From: Octopus vulgaris
Taxonomy: Eukaryota
Assembly: GCA_951406725.2 (NCBI GenBank)
Contig: OX597819.1
Location: 126,852,001 to 126,916,000, forward strand
Length of the DNA stretch: 64,000 nt
Direction: 5' to 3'
The notes below the pieces were generated by a model. The model saw only the letters and a list, made by a program, of their open reading frames with translations. It was not told where the DNA came from and made no database searches. Numbering within the stretch: position 1 is the first letter of the stretch; the number at the start of each line of letters is the position of its first letter. Shown here piece by piece: positions 13,796-27,015 of this stretch. The translations under genes and the position numbers were made by a program.

Positions 13796-13832
<37 letters not shown>

Positions 13833-14099
13833 TATATACTCGTATGTAAATATATATCTATCTGTTTGTGTGTATTACACATGTCACGCATACATGCATT
13901 CACCTCTCCACACACACTCAGATATCTATAAATATATGTGGCGGTGTTGTACCGAAATTAATGCAAAAGCGAGCATAACTGTTTTCATTAACTGACGTAA
14001 GTCGTTCAAATTGCTCATATTCCTAGAGTAAGTGTTCTATGGAAACGTACTACTCCATATATTCTTAATAACAAACGATGCATTCGTGCCGCCATTGAA

Positions 14100-14983
14100 C
14101 TCAACCCTTTAGGTGTGTATTATTGTACCCACTTCTTCGCGCCTTCTCTCATCTCGTCGGTGTCATTAAATTGTTGTTCACGAACACTGTCCCTTCATTG
14201 GACCGAGCAGGTGGAAGACGAATGGCACCAGATATGGTGGGTGGGTATATGGTTGGAATCACCGGCCAGTCACATTTGCCAATTGTCAATTTATTCTTAA
14301 CATTGTTATGAAGAATGAGGATAATTTTAAGATTCTTTTTCGGTCCCTGCCTCCTAATAGCATTTACCAGCTTTTTCGGATACTCATATTTAAGATCCTA
14401 TTCGCGGTCCAAGCATAGTAAGAAAATCAAGGAGAATGGCAGCATCTGTCATCCCTTCCAAAACATTCCTTAGAACTTTCTCTGCCTATCTCTGGTCTTA
14501 AATATCTTACGTTATGGAAAGAGGTGCGACTGAATTCAATGTACAAGTATTCCATGCATTATATGTATGTTAGAGATGCAATCCCTTTTTATCCCCTGCT
14601 ACCTGATCTGGAAAAATGGATTTTCCTGGGCTTCAAACGCTTCCAGCAATTCAGAGCAGACTTTCACCATTCTCCCCTTCGAGTCGCATGTCAACTGCAC
14701 ATTTGCCGATACTCACAGACTTCCACTATCTTTTATAATGTATTGAGACCAGACTTCAGCAGTGCAGCAAGGTCACGCATTGTGACTCATCTATCAGCGC
14801 GAATCAATTCGCCTACACGTCCGTGACTCGTGTCAGTGCTTGCAATGGTCTCATTCCGCATGGAGGCTTCCTCTTTTTAAAACTTCTTCATCCATCTGTG
14901 CACATTGCTCTTGCCAGTGGTGTCATCACCGTAAGCAACCTGTATCTGTCTATGGATGTCGGAGATGCTGCATCATTCCTTCG
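14100..14983 (-). mobile_element. Decayed mariner (Tc1/mariner) transposase
   Basis: Minus-strand fragments in the expected order: SDIHRQIQVAYGDDTTGKSNVHRWMKKF (HTH), ELIRADR*VTMRDLA, VCSELLEAF, VAGDKK (like VTGDETW), ILLDFL, PPYLVPFVFHLLGPMK (like YSPDLAPSDFHLFGPMK), FNDTDEM. Stops and frameshifts present. Confidence 0.8.
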
Positions 14984-15212
14984 TCTCACGAACACAAAGT
15001 CGTGAGTTCAATTCTCAGCGACACATTGTGTCCTTGAGCAAGATACTTTACTTCACGTTGCTGCAGTCCACTCACCCAGCAAAAATGAGTAAGTACGTGT
15101 ATTTTAAAGGGCCAGCTTTCTCACACTATATGTCACGTTGAATTTCACCAGCAGGCTGTTTCGTTGAGCGAATCAACCGGAACGCTCATTACCGTAACGG
15201 ACAGAATGCCAC
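14984..15212 (+). mobile_element. CORE-type SINE remnant abutting the 5' end of the mariner
   Basis: B-box-like GTGAGTTCAATTC followed by CORE-like TTGTGTCCTTGAGCAAGATACTTTAC. Confidence 0.6.
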
Positions 15213-15835
15213 ATATCATATCATATATAAATAATCTTCTACTTACAAACTTCGCGTCGCAAGCACATTGTCTCATTTTCGATTTAACTTCATATTGTAT
15301 TGGGCAGTCATTTTCGACTATATCTTCAGAAGAAGCAGTAGCTTGTGAATAGAATTTTGTTATCTGTCCGACAACAGGTCATAATATACATGTGCCTGAG
15401 ATTGTGTTTATGTGGGAAAATAAAAGTATTTTTCAAAAACTACGTAACTTAGTGACTATACAAATACAAATAAGTAATTGTATCGATATGGTCGCATGAA
15501 TTATTGATGGCGATGGTCTAACATGGCTGCTGTCTGAGAAATGAAGCCAATAAGAACATAAAGAATATAAATCGCGGGATGTGTGCCAGCTGATCGTTTA
15601 ACAGTTTCTTTTCGGAAAAACATTCCGGATAAGAAGTGGGACGAAGTAAATGAAGGAAGAAACCCAATTTACCATTGAAGATCTTTACAAATGAAGCAGT
15701 TTTCATCAACAGCATTATAATTTGACTTGATGGCGGTGAGGGCAATAAAATGAGAATAAAAATGATAATTGAGTTTACCTTAGTGGTCTTCAGAATGTTA
15801 ATATTGTATGTAAGAATCCTCATTTTAGTTTTTAA

Positions 15836-16100
15836 ATGTATTGAGACCAGACTTCAGCAGTGCAGCAAGGTCACGCATTGTGACTCATCTATCAGCGCGA
15901 ATCAATTCGCTCACACGTTCCTGACTCGTGTCAGTGCTTGCAGCGGTCTCATTCCGCATGGAGGTTTCCTCTTTTTAAAACTTCTTCATCCATCTGTGCA
16001 CATTGCTCTTGCCAGTGGTGTCATCTCCGTAAACAACCTGTATCCGTCTATGGATGTCGGAGAAGCCGCATCATTCCTTCGGCGAGAATTCAATGACCTC
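15836..16100 (-). mobile_element. Second copy of the mariner N-terminal (HTH) segment
   Basis: Near-identical to about 14737-14982. Extends to VIEF...SDIHRRIQVVYGDD on the minus strand. Confidence 0.8.
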
Positions 16101-17367
16101 ATACTACTTCCTGAATCCATTATTTGCCAAGGGAGGAGAGGAAAAAGGAAGGAAAGTTATTATAGATAAAGAGTTACCCTACCAACATGTGTAATTAAAA
16201 CAACCTTCATCAGACAATAAAAATTTATGCTCTCTTAAGTTTACCTTGGTGGTCTTCAGAGTATGTAAGAATACTCATTTAAGTTTTTAAATGTATACAG
16301 TGTTGGTTTGTTTTAATGTGCTATCTTATCACTTTTGTCTTTTTGTTATAAGTCCCTCCTATATTTTCTTTGTCCCTAAGGTATATATTAATTCATCATT
16401 GACTATGATATACAAAGACTACGATGGCTACAGATTAATAATATTTGATCGTAGGCTTTCCTCATCGAATCGGCTTACAATCAAATGTTTCAGAGGGCCG
16501 AACCATTCCTGCTTTATTAATTTTTAGAAACAACGTTTTGTAGACCACATTATGAAAGATGTATCGTTGTGTTGCGAAGGAAATGTTGGTGTTATTTCGA
16601 GCAATTTTAGCGACCACATAAAAGTATCTTTACTTGTATGTTGTTTGCTGGCATACTAACCACCCTAACGCTCAGATAATAGTTTCCTTTGTAATAATAA
16701 TGTTGTGGGAGCATGCGTGCGTGCGTACGTATGCATGTGGTTGGCGAAATAAAGGAGGAAAAGCTCTCATAAATAAAAATCTAGCTACTGGGATTAAACT
16801 ACGATATTGCTTCATTTAACTCTATTTAATTATCGAATCTATAAACAATTTAGTGATATCAATAATGAATTGTTTGGACGCCGAGCTAGAGAGAGACGTG
16901 GTCGGGTATGGCGTGGCATCGTGTAGTGAGAGACTGATTTTGTGCTCAGTTAGCTGCTTCAAGTATTGTGAATCTGACCTGTTACCATGTCCAATTAGAG
17001 GATCCCAACCCTTCATCTGTAGCCCCAAGTGCCACGCCTACATATTCCTTTATTATTATTAATTTTATTTTGTTTTGTTTTCTTTTGAAAACGGCGGCAA
17101 CTTAGATGACTCTAACATGCAAAACAATCGTAATATATCGTCAAATATTATCTTGCACGCGATTTTATCGTACAACATTAGTTGAGATCAGTTTACAGAT
17201 CTTTAAATGATGTATTTCTTCACCTTCTTTGTCGTGCTTGCTGTAATTGTTTATTTTGCTTTTTGTTTGTTATTCCTCTATTTTTCTTTATTTCTTTATT
17301 AATTTCATTAAGGAAAAATGATCTTTACATACTTGCCATTCTACCAGTTTCTTTCTTACTCTTCGCA

Positions 17368-17434
<67 letters not shown>

Positions 17435-17445
17435 TTATCTGTCTG

Positions 17446-17478
<33 letters not shown>

Positions 17479-17519
17479 TTATCTGTCTGTCTATCTATCT
17501 ATCTATCTATCTATCTATA

Positions 17520-17562
<43 letters not shown>

Positions 17563-17575
17563 TTATCTGTCTGTG
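17368..17575. repeat. (TCTA)n microsatellite
   Basis: Seen directly. Confidence 0.95.
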
Positions 17576-17680
17576 TGTCTGTATTCTTAGTCATAGCTTC
17601 TTCCATAAAACCCGATCTTCTCATTATCTTTGAGCCTCTTTCTTGAATTACTGCTTTGATCACCAATCCTACTCCCCCCT

Positions 17681-17714
<34 letters not shown>

Positions 17715-18935
17715 TTTACTTCAATTGCACCCAACTCTGTCGACAAAATAGTATCTGTTTCCTCTACCAAACACATTTTCCGCTTTACTATTCAATACTT
17801 TTCTTTCCCAGTTTCCTCTCTCTCACGCATTTTTAAAGGCCTTTCTTTTCAAAATGTGCATCAGCATTTCATGAGATCAAATCCATCTGAATTAAATGCC
17901 GTATAATAAGTGATCCTCTAGGTTAATGGAATCGATGACAAAAAAAAATATATGTATGTATGTATGTATATATATATATATATATATATATTGGAATGCT
18001 CTGTCTCCATTTTATCTTCCTTTATGAAATCTTATAATTTTTTTTTCTAACTCATCACGTTTTTAACAATGTGATTGACAAAAACAAGGTTTTAGAATGA
18101 GTAGTTTCAACCAAGCTGTATTTGCTATACGTACCCGTAGCCTCTTTGTGATATCCCACTAATTTTGTAGTATTTTTTTGAATGCGAACATTTTGTCTGT
18201 GAGGTAACTATGCTATGGCTGCAGTAGTATGCGAAAATGGAGTTCTTTACGTTTTAAGTATACGGCGATGACAAACTCACATGCCGAAATTTTCTTTAAC
18301 TTTTTCCACTTTTCTTGTTTTGTCTTGGTGTAAGTTTTCTATCATTTTTAGTGATGTCCTCTACATGGTTTAACTAATACATCATTAATCTTTGAAATAA
18401 AAACGTTTCTACTGCTTTCTATGTATCATATCAAAAAAAAAATACCGTGTGGTCGAGAATGGTGGTTTCGCCACACTCGCCTTCCTTCTTGAATCCAATT
18501 TTAGCTTTATGAATTGTAATAGATCTCACGTTACTCCCATATTACTTAGGTGTCCTTGGAAATAAATTACGTGTTCAGGAATATATTAAATTTCTTTCCT
18601 TTTACTCGATGTATATTAGAAATAGAAATCAAAACTAAAACAAGTCGAAAAATTAAAGGAAAAGAAAAAACAAAAACTAGTCTCACTGAATTACAAATGC
18701 TTCAAAATTTTCAGCAATTAACCTTTTTCGGCGTTTGCTTTTTGTTTTGTTTTTAAATTCAATTTGAGAATGTTTCACTACTTTCCACCCTCTTATTTCA
18801 ATGAGTGATTTACAATATTTAAGCGAAAATTTATTGCATACATCAAAGCTGCGGACATGTTAGTGTGTGTATTTATTTCAGTTTGCTATTCTTTCTAATC
18901 ACGTTTGGTAAGTGTTAAAATGGGGTGGGTGTGGA

Positions 18936-19075
18936 CATACACACACACACATACACACACACACACACACACATACATACATACATATACACACATACAT
19001 ACATACATACATACATACATACATACATACATACATACATACATACATACATACATACATGTACATACATACATA
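18936..19075. repeat. (CA)n/(TACA)n microsatellite
   Basis: Seen directly. Confidence 0.95.
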
Positions 19076-19300
19076 TCATTTTAGTGTTCAATTTTACGTA
19101 GAAAACACTTTAGAAATATCTTCCACAAATGATTACAAATTAAGCAATTGGAAGCTGAAAAGTTTACTAATAGATTATCAGACGACCTGGATCAATTCAC
19201 GCCATATTTAAAAGAGTAAATGTGAAATCGAATTCAAAACATTTGTATAGGGCAAAGTATAATTATGCGAGGAGTTGTCATTATTATTATTAAGGCGGAA

Positions 19301-19920
19301 GGCGGCGAGCTGGCAGAACCGTTAGCACACCGGGCGAAATCCTTAGCGGTATTTCGTCTGCCGCTACGTTCTGAGTTGAAATTCCGCCGAGGTCGACTTT
19401 GCCTTTCATCCTTTCCGGGTCGATAAATTAAGTACCTGTTACGCACTGGGGGTCGATATAATCGACTTAATCCGTTTATCTCTCCTTGTTTGTCCTCTCT
19501 GTGGGTAGTAAATAAATAGGTATTTCGTCTGCCGCTACATTCTGAGTTCAAATTCCGCCGAGGTCGACTTTACCTTTCCTCCTTTCGGGGACGATAAATT
19601 AAGTACCAGTTGTGTACTGAGGTTGATGTAATCGACTTGCCCCTTTCCCCAAAATTTCAGGCTTTGTGCCTATAGTAGAAAGGATTATTATTATTATGGC
19701 GGCGAGCCGGCAAAATCGGTAGCACGCCGCAACAAAATACCGAGCAGTATTTCCTCTGTCTTTGCGTTCTGAGTTCAATCTCCGGCGAGGAGGACTTTGC
19801 CTTTCATCCTTACGGGGTCGATGAATTAAGTACCATTCGAGTTCTGGAGTCAATGTAATCTACTCAACCTCTCCCTCAAATTTTCAGGTCTTGTGCTTAT
19901 AGTAGAAGGGATTATTATTA
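19301..19920 (+). mobile_element. SINE family 1 cluster: full copy (19301-19518), head-truncated unit (19519-19697) and a third, more diverged full copy (19698-19920)
   Basis: Same head and core as 6270. Two different tail types, the second ending in (ATT)n. Confidence 0.88.
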
Positions 19921-21493
19921 GGGACAATGTCCCATTGCCTTCTTCCTTCTTTTGACCGGAAGTAGCAGGCAGTTTCCTCGGTGAAAATTAAAACTAGATT
20001 TATCGAACTTAGTTTGTGAAATGAGAGAGAGATAGTTTTACTGCTTTTATTGCAGTCGCATTTATCTTATTGGACTTCCTACAACAGCAAAACACATGCT
20101 GAGAGACTTTTCTTGACGCAGAAATCTTCTGAAGGATACCCGGGACCTAAAACTATAAATTCTTTCACCTTTTTTTATACCCAACTCTTGATTTCCATCC
20201 TTATGACTGTCACACTTAAGAAAACTTTATCTTCCCACTGGTAATTATAATGACTTCTTTCGATTAATCTGTAGGTTGATATTTATACCAAGAGCTTAAC
20301 ACTGTAACATCGGCTTTAAAGAGTAACAATGTTTCATCTAAGATTTTGTGCTGAGTTATCTTTTCATTTTCATAGAGTTGAAGTGCAGTGGATTGATCAG
20401 AGGCAATAGATTTACTGAATCTTTAGAGTTCTAAAAGAAGTGCATTGCACTCCTTGTCTTGGATCTCTAGTTCTGGATTCAAATCCCGCTGAAACTAGTT
20501 TTCTCTACCAACCTTTTGGAGTTGATAAACTAAAGGATCAGTGAAGTACTGGGGTTCATATAATTCAATGTAACTCTCCGCCATATTTAAGGACTTCTGC
20601 CTACGGAAGAAATCAATAATATTATTATTAGTAGTAGTGAGAAATTATTACTATGATGATTATTATTAGTAGTAGTAGTGGTATTAGTTGGAACGTTGTT
20701 ATTCAATAAATAGTTGATTTACTATGAAGATTGTATATGAACAAATATCGTATAGTTGTTCACATACAATTTGTTCTTCAGTCCAGCCAGTCCAGGCACG
20801 GTTACTGCTGGTAAATAAATAGATTGGCGCCTTGACGGAATAATGTTCGCCGTGGTTCAATGCAGTCAGAAATCACCTCGTTTCGGTTTAAAATTTACCG
20901 ACCTCGTTCCTCGTAATATTGCTGGCTCCACAGTGTCTGAATACTCGCCCTTATTCTTTCTCCTTCCATTTAAACTGCGTGGGAGAACCTTTCTGGAAAG
21001 TATTTTTTAAAATTAACTAATTCTCTGCTAGCAAAGTCACACTTGAATCTACCTCTCTAACTATCTAGCCATACAATTAACTAATTTATATAATTATAAT
21101 TTGTTTGCTCGGCATTTCAGTATCCAAAGCACTAGTGTCTCACACTACAATTCCTAAATTCATTATTTAATCGTGTTTTTGTATGTTGCTTTACTTGATA
21201 TCATATATCAATACATGGCTTATATTTGCTCATAAATACTGTCAATATATTCTACACTTGTGCCTCTATAAGAAATCAATAAATCCAAATATGGACGAGT
21301 GCCGTAATATAAAGACATATCCATGATTCTGTTTCGATTCGGTCCCTGAGTTGAATGATTTCATCCCCCAATTTGTGTGTAATGACCCTAAAAGAGGCAT
21401 TAACGTCACACAATCTCATTTCCTATACTACATACTTTGTAGAATACATGAATATTCTTTTGTTCTAAACGTATTTTTTTTTCTGTTTTACAG

Positions 21494-21546
21494 TGCCAAA
21501 TGGCCATACAGACGTGGAAAATCGAACAGACGCACAAAACGACCAG
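21494..21546 (+). CDS. Pax2/5/8: Internal coding exon A (53 nt, phase 1-0) of a probable Pax2/5/8-family transcription factor: xPNGHTDVENRTDAQNDQ
   Basis: Polypyrimidine tract ending ttctgttttacag, then donor CAG|gtaatg. Frame is open and phase-compatible with exon B. xPNGH recalls Pax5 VPNGHS / Pax2 VPNGD after the octapeptide region (from memory, not aligned). The exon call is firmer than the gene name. Confidence 0.6.
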
Positions 21547-22514
21547 GTAATGTTAATATTTGTATATTTATAATAAACCGCATTTTGGAGTAATAGTATC
21601 AGTAATTACCGGCTTCGAACTAACCAGTCACAATCTCAACGCATTTAACATAACGACAATATGAAGGAAATGTCTCTGCAACCTGGACAGAGCAAACATG
21701 ACAAAGTTTCGTTCAAAAGTACCGGTTCATAACATTTCTTGCTGTCACTCATTTTAAAACACACACATGTATGCCGAGTTCCACCCTGTTTCCGCCGAAC
21801 ACAACCCCCAGTTAATCCAAGTCTATACTAGAACACATGCCCATGGTACCGCGTAGTACTCTCGAACACAGGACTGTGAAACGAACTGTTTAAGTTCAAT
21901 CAGGCTTGTATGAGATTAGCAACTTATCTTTCTTGAAAAACTACACAAATTTGAGTCATAGAAACACAACGGAGTTCCTGGGGATTTTTAGCCCAAAATC
22001 AACATTCGCATCATTAAAGGCGTCTCAAGATTGACCATATTGTCTTATATTCGCTCAGATGTAGTATGGCTAAGATTGCAATATCGAATGACTCCGTTTT
22101 TGTAAAAAAGAATTGGCATGAATTATGGAAAATTTGGCTGCTATTGCTGGCATGTGTAGCGACGAGGGAGAGTATATCCTTGTGTTAGCCAGAAGTCAGA
22201 GCTGTGATCGAACAACCCTATAATCAAAATGATGAACATCTTTAAGACAGATTTTGACTGCCATTTCTAGCAAGCCGAGCTTGTTATTTTAACTGTAACA
22301 AGATCTTCTGGCATTGAAACAATACTTTTTTTCTTTTATTTCTTTATTTTGATTTTTTTTTTTTTTTTTGAAATATGAAAATATGAAAGAATGTTATTGA
22401 AAGTGAGAGATGTTGACTGTCTCAATCAACCGGCAAGTCATGACAGCAAGAAAGTATTTTAATTAAAAATCCTTAATTTATTTATTCTTTGCGGTCGTCT
22501 TGATGTTATCATCG

Positions 22515-22557
<43 letters not shown>

Positions 22558-24082
22558 TATTATTATTTTTGTTGTTGTTGTTGTTGTTATGTTCAAACTA
22601 TGCAGCAAGAACTATTTGTAGCTTGAAATTGGACGAGGCCGCAAATGTCTCTTTGTTGAATTGAACTTCAATAATTTTGTGGGAGGAGAAGATATGAATT
22701 AACCTCTTCAATTTCCATTGATTTTTTTTTCGGTGATACAACAACAACTGCAACAACAACCCATAGCAATAGTAACAAAAGCTAAAATAATGATGTTATG
22801 GCGTAGAAAACACGAATAATTCTTTAACTGACCTTAGGTCTAACTTGTCTTTTTTCAGAACGAAGCATCTGTATCTAGAAAAATAGGGAGAAAAAAAAGT
22901 CCCGCCTCTTTTTTATTATATTAATGATATTAGCGAGATAACGTGAAACAAGGAGGACAAAAACACCACCCACAGTTACTAGGATGTGCCCTCTCTTGTT
23001 TTGCGTTTGTTTTGCTGCTTTGCTTTTATTTCGTCCCACCCAAACATTCTTTCTCTATATTATTGTTGGTTGCCCATCTCAGTACTAGATGTGGTAATTC
23101 CATTGATGGCGCTCTTCGAGAAAGAAAAACCGCGCACAACAAACCTATACACAAACAAAGAAACAAAAAAAAAAAAACAAGAAAAAAACCTTTTGCACTG
23201 TAAAAGCATCAAGAGTCGTTTCGCTCTTTTGACCTCCTCTTTGCAATCCTCAACATCTCTCACTCCCCCCCCCCCCGCCATTATACTCTATCACTTCTTC
23301 GCTTGCACCACCACCCCAACTTCACCACCACCACCACCACCGCCACCATCAGCATCACTATTACCACCATCACCTCCACACACACACACAGCTCTTTCCA
23401 CTTCGGTTTGTCTTTATAGTTGGTCTGTGTTCTGGAACTATGAACGATTTAACAAAGAATTACCGATTGATACATCCTTTTGGTTAGGATTTCATCAAAT
23501 TTAGCCAAAAATAAATAAATAAACAATAAATAAATAAATAAAAATAACAGCCAAAGAAAGAAGAAAAAAGAAAGAACAAGAATACCAATGAATTTTCGCG
23601 TCTCTTTATTATGTTTTTGTACGTTTATATACTTTGTATTATTTATTTTATTTTATTTTCATTATTCGTTATTTGGTAATTCCATTTAGATGTGACTCAA
23701 AGACCTTTTAATGCATTTTCTCCTCCTCTTTCTGTCCTTTCCCCCCTTAATTTCATTTATATATTTATTTATTTATATATTTCGTTATTCTTTTCCTTCT
23801 CATAGCTTTTGAGTCTTTCTAATCAAGGAGCAAAGAGCGGCGATCGAATTGAACATAGATTCGATTGATTACCATTATTTGTGGTTGTTGTTGTTGTTAG
23901 TGTTGTTGTTGCTGCTACTGCTAGTTCACTATTGACTGCCGATATAGCATCGAACTAACTCTTTCATTACATTTAGATTATGTGTGCTTCTCTCTTCGTT
24001 ACAAGCCGATCCATTCACTGCCATTCACCATTCTGTCTCTTTCGTACACACACACACGTGTGCATATATATATGTGTGTATG

Positions 24083-24119
<37 letters not shown>

Positions 24120-27015
24120 TTGTATATATATATATACACACGTGTGTGTTTATGTTTATATGTTTATATACGGGTTTGTATATTTGTATGTATGTATGTA
24201 TGTATATATATGTATACAAAATCAAAATTCGAGTAATTCTTCTGAATCTCTCACACATCTCTCTCATTCAGTCTCTGTCTCTCAGACTAACGTCTCTCTT
24301 TACGGTTCTTCCCTATTTTTCCCTAATCTTTCTTACAATTAAATGCTACGCTCTACCTCCACTACGAACACACGTACACTCTTACTCCACTCACTCTCTC
24401 TCTCTCACACACACACACAACTTACCTTCTCACTCATATCTCTAACTTTCTCTAACTTTCACTCTATCTGCTTCTGCTTTTTTCTTTTCTATTTCTGGCT
24501 CTGCATCTTAATCTTCTCTTTCTGATTTGCCATTCATTTGCCTATGTTTCACCCTATCCTGTATTTTCCCTATTAACTCTCTAGCTAAACATTATTTGTC
24601 CTTCTTCTTTCGTCTCTCACTTACTTTCACTTTCCTCTCCATTCGTTTCTACCTTCTTTGTCCTCCCAACACCTCTTTTAAAACTCTTCTCTTGTCTTTC
24701 CCTTGCTCTCTCTCTCTCCTGCTCTCTTTTTTCTTTCGACTCTCCGTCTCTAACGCCACCACTACCTCCACTCTTTTTTGAATTTCCGGAGTCTCTCCAC
24801 ATTTCCGTCTCTCTCTTCCTTTCTTTGCCAGTTGTAGCCCACTCTAATTTCAACCTATTCTGCACGGCGGATGTTTGGTCCATCAATAGAAACGCAACCG
24901 TTCTTTTGACATCATAATTTCCCTTTTCTCTCTTTCTCATACCTTCTACTCTCCCCGCTACCCCCCTCTCTCTCTCTCACTCATTACTCACCCTTCATCC
25001 CTCATCTCCTTTATTCAATATGACTTCTATTCTAACCACTGCACCACACTTTCTCATTTACTCTCATATGCATTCTCTTTTCCCTTTCTGTTCTTCGAAC
25101 GCATTCTTTTTGATACGCTGGACTCCATTTTGACTTCAAATACAACAAATCTTTTGCTACCTACGTTGTTATTTCAGTTGCACTTTACTATTTACCCTTT
25201 CTTCTCTTATTGAGTTGCGTGTTCAGTAAACCTTTTGTTTGTGCTTGCAACCATTGTGCAAATTCGCACTAGGCGTAGTCTGATTGTTACAAAATGAAGT
25301 CAAACCGGTTATCGAATTTAGTTTCTTGACACAACCGACAAAAACAAGCAAACAAAACTCAACACAATCATTCAATAAAACCAAAAATCCTGATGTTACA
25401 TATCTGTGTAATAATTAAACGTCAATTTCTACACAGTCATTCAAAGAGATATGAATGAAACGAGCTATAAAACATTTTGAAGTTTGGATATAGTTTAAAG
25501 AATAATTCCTTACAATGGTACCAGGCCACTAACTTTTTAAGTGTGTGTATAATTAATTAAATCTAACCGACGGTCTGACTGGTACTCGAGGATTCAAAGC
25601 AAAATTGACGTCGGCGGAATTTCAATTCAGAATATAAAAAAGGATGCAATTACATAGCATGATGTGTTTTAGCCCTGCACTCTAAGGTTTCTGTCGATGT
25701 ACTACCATGATAACGATGATGAAGACGGTGATTATTGTTATGTTTCTACAGGGCCAGCAATTTTAGGGGGAGGAGGTTAATCGATGAAATCGAAGCCATT
25801 ATCGAAGAATGGTATCAAGCAATGGATCTGTTGATATCCATGGTGCTCTTCGTGCTTCCGGGGTTGATAATATATTGTAGTAGTAAAGAACTGGAGTCGA
25901 TGTAACCGACTAACTGCTTTCCCTCGAAAATTACAATGATTTAAAAAGCCGTAAGAAACATAGAAATCATTTTTATCTGACGCTCCAACGAGGAATATTG
26001 CTCTAATTTGGTAATAGTAATTTAGTAATAGTAATAATAGTATTAATAATAGTAATACTCCTTTCTAGAAAGGAGTATTGCTTTTATTAATACTATTATT
26101 ACTATTACTATATTACTATTACTAAGTTAGAGCAATATTCATCGTTGGAGCGTCAGATAAAAATGGCTTCCATGTTCCTTACGGTTTTTTTACATCATTG
26201 TTGTATTTTTATATTTCAATTTTAACTGTCACATATCATTGAGCACTAGGTACGTTCTTTCTGTACAGAGTGTATAATGCTTTTAAGAAAAGCAAACACA
26301 CACACATTCTGTTTTATCCTCTTACATACAGGTCTTTATTTTTACCCCAATTCAAAAACTGTTATTAACCCGTAGTGTTATATTCTGAAGCCTGTGCATA
26401 TGTGCATGTATCTAATCACCCAGTCAGTCCATGAAGCAAAATGCTACACCATACACAAAAATTAGATACAATCATTCGAAACAGGCGTATGCTGGTAAGC
26501 TTTTCCTAATAGAAGACTAAATTACGTAGGTGTTTCTTATTTTTTAAATTAAAAGCCCAAAGTTATGTTGGCTCTGAGAGAAATGCCAAAACAATCGAAA
26601 CCGTTTCAGAATTTCTAACACAACAGGATTTCTAAGAATAGCAGACAGTTGTTTTGTTTGTTTGTTTTTTTTACTGCGAATTTCACGTTAACGTGTTTTT
26701 GTGCAATAAATGTTTCTGATGATTCTTTTTGTGAGGGAGATTTTGTGTGCTATTTCTAGGCAGTTGAGTGACAATGTGAAGGCTCTGTCGATAACATCAT
26801 GTGCTTTGATATAAAGCAAACATGAATATCACCTATGTTCCTTTAGTAAGCACTCAATAACGATGTGATGGTAGGAATAATGAAGCAACTGAACGCCGTT
26901 TCATATGGATGTTACAACTCTCTTGTTTGAGGACAAAAAGAAATGTGATAGATTTTGAAGCTAACATATATTTTTATCCCTTTTAATGGTATTTCATTAT
27001 TTCAATGTTTTTCAG

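Noticed and set aside
15750-16169. 139-aa + strand ORF resembling ORFs at 14823 and 14840
   Set aside because: Antisense reading of the duplicated mariner fragment.
22986-23504. 172-aa proline-rich ORF as a possible extra exon
   Set aside because: Driven by poly-A, poly-C and (CAC)n low-complexity tracts. I found no convincing phase-0 acceptor/donor pair, although regulatory function is not excluded.
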